NCBI GenBank assembly: GCA_951406725.2
Contig: OX597827.1
Location: 53,196,001-53,260,000, forward strand
Length of the DNA stretch: 64,000 nucleotides
Origin: Octopus vulgaris
Lineage: Eukaryota
Direction of reading: 5' to 3'
The notes below the pieces were generated by a model. It was given only the letters and a program-made list of their open reading frames with translations, made no database searches and was not told the origin of the DNA. A program made the translations under genes and the position numbers. This document shows, piece after piece, positions 60,049 to 64,000 of this stretch (positions are counted from its first letter, which is position 1; each line of letters starts with the position of its first letter).

Positions 60049-60178
60049 ATCTTACAGCTGTTTCAGCCTGTAGATAAGAGTATCTCATTATGCCCATATT
60101 AGTCAGATGTATTGTGGTAATATGCAGCTAAAAATGACTTACTTATATATATATATATCTCAAGGCCTCGTCAGAGAT
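60049..60178 (-). ncRNA. Type I hammerhead ribozyme with about 100-nt stem II insert
   Basis: ATCT-CTGACGA-GGCC..GGCT-GAAA-C AGCT G-TA-AGAT; core intact. Confidence 0.75.
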
Positions 60179-60483
60179 TATAAAGTACAATTATAAAGAT
60201 ATAAAATGAAGATATAAAATGCAAATATGAATATTAAAGAAGGTACACATATACAAGAATATGCATATATACATATATACATATACATATAAGTGTATAT
60301 ACACCTACATATACATATATATAAGTATATACATAATAATATACATACACATAAGGTTACAGTTAAGCAGATCTATATACTAGAATATACATATATATAT
60401 ATCCACATCAAAGTGTACATATACAAAGTCCAAAGTTCATTATATTACATTACTAAAAACTATTAATATTATTATTATTATTA

Positions 60484-60581
<98 letters not shown>

Positions 60582-61182
60582 ACCAATAAAGGAATATGTG
60601 CATTCTGCTATTCACAATACATGGTAGATGGAAAATACCACATAAAATATAGTATGATATAATACAGTGTAACACAACATAATAAAATATAATATATTAT
60701 ATTACATATTAAATATACAATATATAATATAGTATAACCTAATATATAGACAGATGCATATGGGGGATGCCAGTAAATTAATTAATTCAATATAATAAAA
60801 TAATGCAAAACAATATACAATGTCATTATATTTATACATCATACAGCGAAAATCGAAACTTTAGTCTAAATCTATATACATATATATGCACACAGGTACG
60901 AAATACATGCCCATGCATATACATACATGCGCAAAAGCATCCATTAATACATATACACATATAAAGGGATATTATCCTTTTACATCATACAAAAATTATA
61001 TATGCATGTACATACATATAGTCCGCTGATCAATAGGTGAGTGATAGGTCTTAACGGGCTGATAGATTATTTACAATTGTCTTAGTTACGCTTGGTTGGT
61101 TAAAATACACATACGTACATACATACACATATGCGTACATACACACGTACACATAGATAAACACAAGCACATAAATACACAC

Positions 61183-61213
<31 letters not shown>

Positions 61214-62218
61214 CATACATACATACATACATACATACATACGTATATATCCATATACAAACATATATACACATATACACATACCTATAAACACCCACTT
61301 ACACATATATGTATATATATACATACACATACATACTAATAACTTAAAAAATAGTATTATAAACCATTAAAGTGAAAATTATGCTAATTCTTAATACGTA
61401 GAAAAAGGCCTGAAAGGGTAATTCCTAATGTATAAAAAAATGGCCTAAAAGGGTAAAAAACGTTAGGATTAATATTTGGCAAAGGTTGGAAAATATTCAG
61501 ACAAAGCTTTCGAAAGAAATAGAAACCAAGCAAACACATTTGACAATATTTAAGGTATAGAAAAAGGAAGTGATTTACGGAAGATACAGAAATCAAAATT
61601 CACCGTGTTAATAAACCGTTACAGTAATGCGAATCCAAACTTTCAGCTTAATCTCTCCATTTAAACTCGTTGTAAAAGTTAATTTGTATAAAATACCGTA
61701 ATAAAAATAATATATTAAGTATCTGACCATATATCACATACAAACATATATATATACATATATACATACAAACATACGCAGACATACATACATGCACAAT
61801 CATAAGTACAGATATATATGCACGCCTACAAATGCACATACACATACATTCGTGCATACACATACACACATGTACACATATACATATATATGTTATAATA
61901 AATTATAAATTATAAATAATAAATTATCCAGTGCCAGTAAATAAAAAAGTACAAATAAGTACAAATATACATACATAAAAAGAACTTAATATTGAAGACC
62001 ACCTAATGGATTCATAGAAAGACCTACACGGAAAATAGATATACGTACACACTTACATATACCCCCATATGTATGTATACACACGTACGCATCTAAAGGT
62101 GAACACCATGTGTTTAATATAGACCCAAACAAAGTACAGATCAATACACCGAAGTCCCAAACTAAATGCATATGATATGGTGTACGTATACATGCGAGAC
62201 CAGTAGAAAATTCGATGT

Positions 62219-62276
<58 letters not shown>

Positions 62277-62584
62277 AAATATACAGATATATTCAAAAAC
62301 AAAACAAAACAAGACACTTACACATAGAAATATAAATTAGAATGCCCATGATTAATGGCAGAATTATTATTCCTAGATAAAAACAGTAATAATTCTATAA
62401 CAGCTATTTAGGTAATTTAAAATTACTGATTTAAAACTAAGTGCTATTTAAATCTAGAGAAAGTATACGCTAGCCTATGAAGGCGAGTGTGAGTATATGC
62501 ACTCATATGTGTATGTATATGTTGTATTATGGGTATGCACCCACACCCATGTGGGTATATATGTAGACTGATTTATATTACATA

Positions 62585-62711
62585 ATCTCCGAAGAGGCCT
62601 TATGATATTTTTGTAAATGTCTCATTTATATATATATATTGACCAACCATAAAGGGCTAATATTGGTAAAATGAGACATACTTATCTACATGGCCGAAAC
62701 AGGTGTAAGAT
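62585..62711 (+). ncRNA. Hammerhead motif with CCGAAGA core variant, in pLTR-like repeat 62480-62960
   Basis: ATCT-CCGAAGA-GGCC..GGCC-GAAA-C AGGT G-TA-AGAT. The region is a close inverted paralogue of 18470-18930. Confidence 0.65.
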
Positions 62712-62977
62712 GTAATCTATACTTATATTTATATTTACTTATATTTATATTCTCTTTTATATATATTCTACTTATTATACATTATTCTTTTATGTACACT
62801 TTTTTATGTACATTCCTTTATGTACACTGATTTGTTCTGCTTTTTATATTTAACCCTACAGTCTCTTATGTGGTGGTTTAATAAAGTATGTGATTGAGTA
62901 TTATCTGGTAATTGATATTTGGTTTAGATTTATTTCTCCATTTTCTTATCTTGTATATATATACATATACATATATT

Positions 62978-64000
62978 GACTTCAGTAAAGCGTTTGACAG
63001 AGCCCACCACAATATCCTCCTGGAACCAGTGGAAAACTGTTACACTGGATTAGGTATTTCCTGGTGAAGAAAGCACATGTTGCGATCGGTGGAATCCACT
63101 CAAACCCAGCAAAAGTCACCAGTGGTGTCCCCCAGGTAACTGTTTTGAGTTCGTTTCTCTTTATAGTCTGTATAAACAACATCTAAAGCGTCATCAACCA
63201 TAGCAAAATAATTAAAAAAAAACATTGGTGCAATAAAAAAACTCCAGAAAATCATGAATGGAGAAGAAGAATGAACTGAACTCCAGTCTGATCTATATGC
63301 TGTAAGTCAATGGGTAGACTAAAATTACGTGCAGTTAAATGAAGGAAATTTTGAACTCATGTACTTAGGGAAAAAAGACTGCGCTTAAACAACCATATTC
63401 TCTTCCTTCAGGGGAACTACTCACAGCATCCAATAATATCAAGGACTTAAGACCGATTGTTGACTACAATGTCATCTGGAATGCCCATATCAAGAATGAA
63501 GTCGATATGGCTTTTAGGATTAACTTCTAGATCCTCAACACTCTCATCATTCCCCTCTTCCTCTCCTTTGCACGGCCACAGAATACTGCAGGCGCACTAC
63601 GAGTTCCTCACACCAAACAAAACATTACGGGAATTGAGTCACCACAGAAAGCATTCACTAAAAAATAAAAGCACGATTAATCTTGATTGTTGGGACCGCC
63701 TTAAAACATTGAACCTTTATTCTTTCCAATGTCGCCGTGAGCACTACATCATTTGTACAACGTGGAGAATATATCGCTGCATTGCTCAAACAACTTCAAC
63801 ATCAGATTCAGAATTCATCCAAGGCTGGGGCCATGTTCCACGCACCCCATGCACAATTCAGGTTCATAACACATAAATTCACTGCAACATTTTCTTTTCT
63901 TCAACAGGCCCTGATCTATTTATCATTACTCCAAACCCAAAACAAATTAATGAAGATAAAGATCCCTTCACATTGGAACGAAAGCTGGACAAATTTCTTT
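62978..64000 (+). mobile_element. Decayed CR1/L2-like LINE RT and C-terminus
   Basis: IDFSKAFDRA, VTSGVPQVTVL, WDRLKTLNLYSFQCRRE; many stops. Confidence 0.82.

Overview
AT-rich, microsatellite-laden eukaryotic genomic DNA. The SINE families and repeat style point to a coleoid cephalopod, probably an octopus (inference). Most ORFs in the supplied track are microsatellite artefacts. By hand I assembled one complete 8-exon + strand gene (CDS 3420..36376, 368 aa) with a signal peptide, three chitin-binding ChtBD2/CBM14-like modules and a C-terminal laminin-G domain, i.e. a VWA-less Pif-like matrix protein. A convergent, partial - strand gene has a ChtBD2 exon (53382..53576) and a terminal exon with a GPI-signal-like tail (41860..41942). 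The rest is decayed transposons: Penelope-like elements (PLEs), Helitrons, CR1/L2-, RTE-, R4-, Hero- and Tx1-type LINE fragments, hAT and Tc1/mariner elements, MITEs and tRNA-derived SINEs. The main hidden signal is about 12 full-core type I hammerhead ribozyme (HHR) motifs, some degenerate, plus further partial or eroded copies. They sit in PLE pseudo-LTR-like repeats and include a 559-bp head-to-tail HHR tandem (retrozyme-like), long inverted repeats, HHRs with very long stem II inserts, and sense-strand HHRs inside introns of the Pif-like gene. All calls are by eye; no searches were run.
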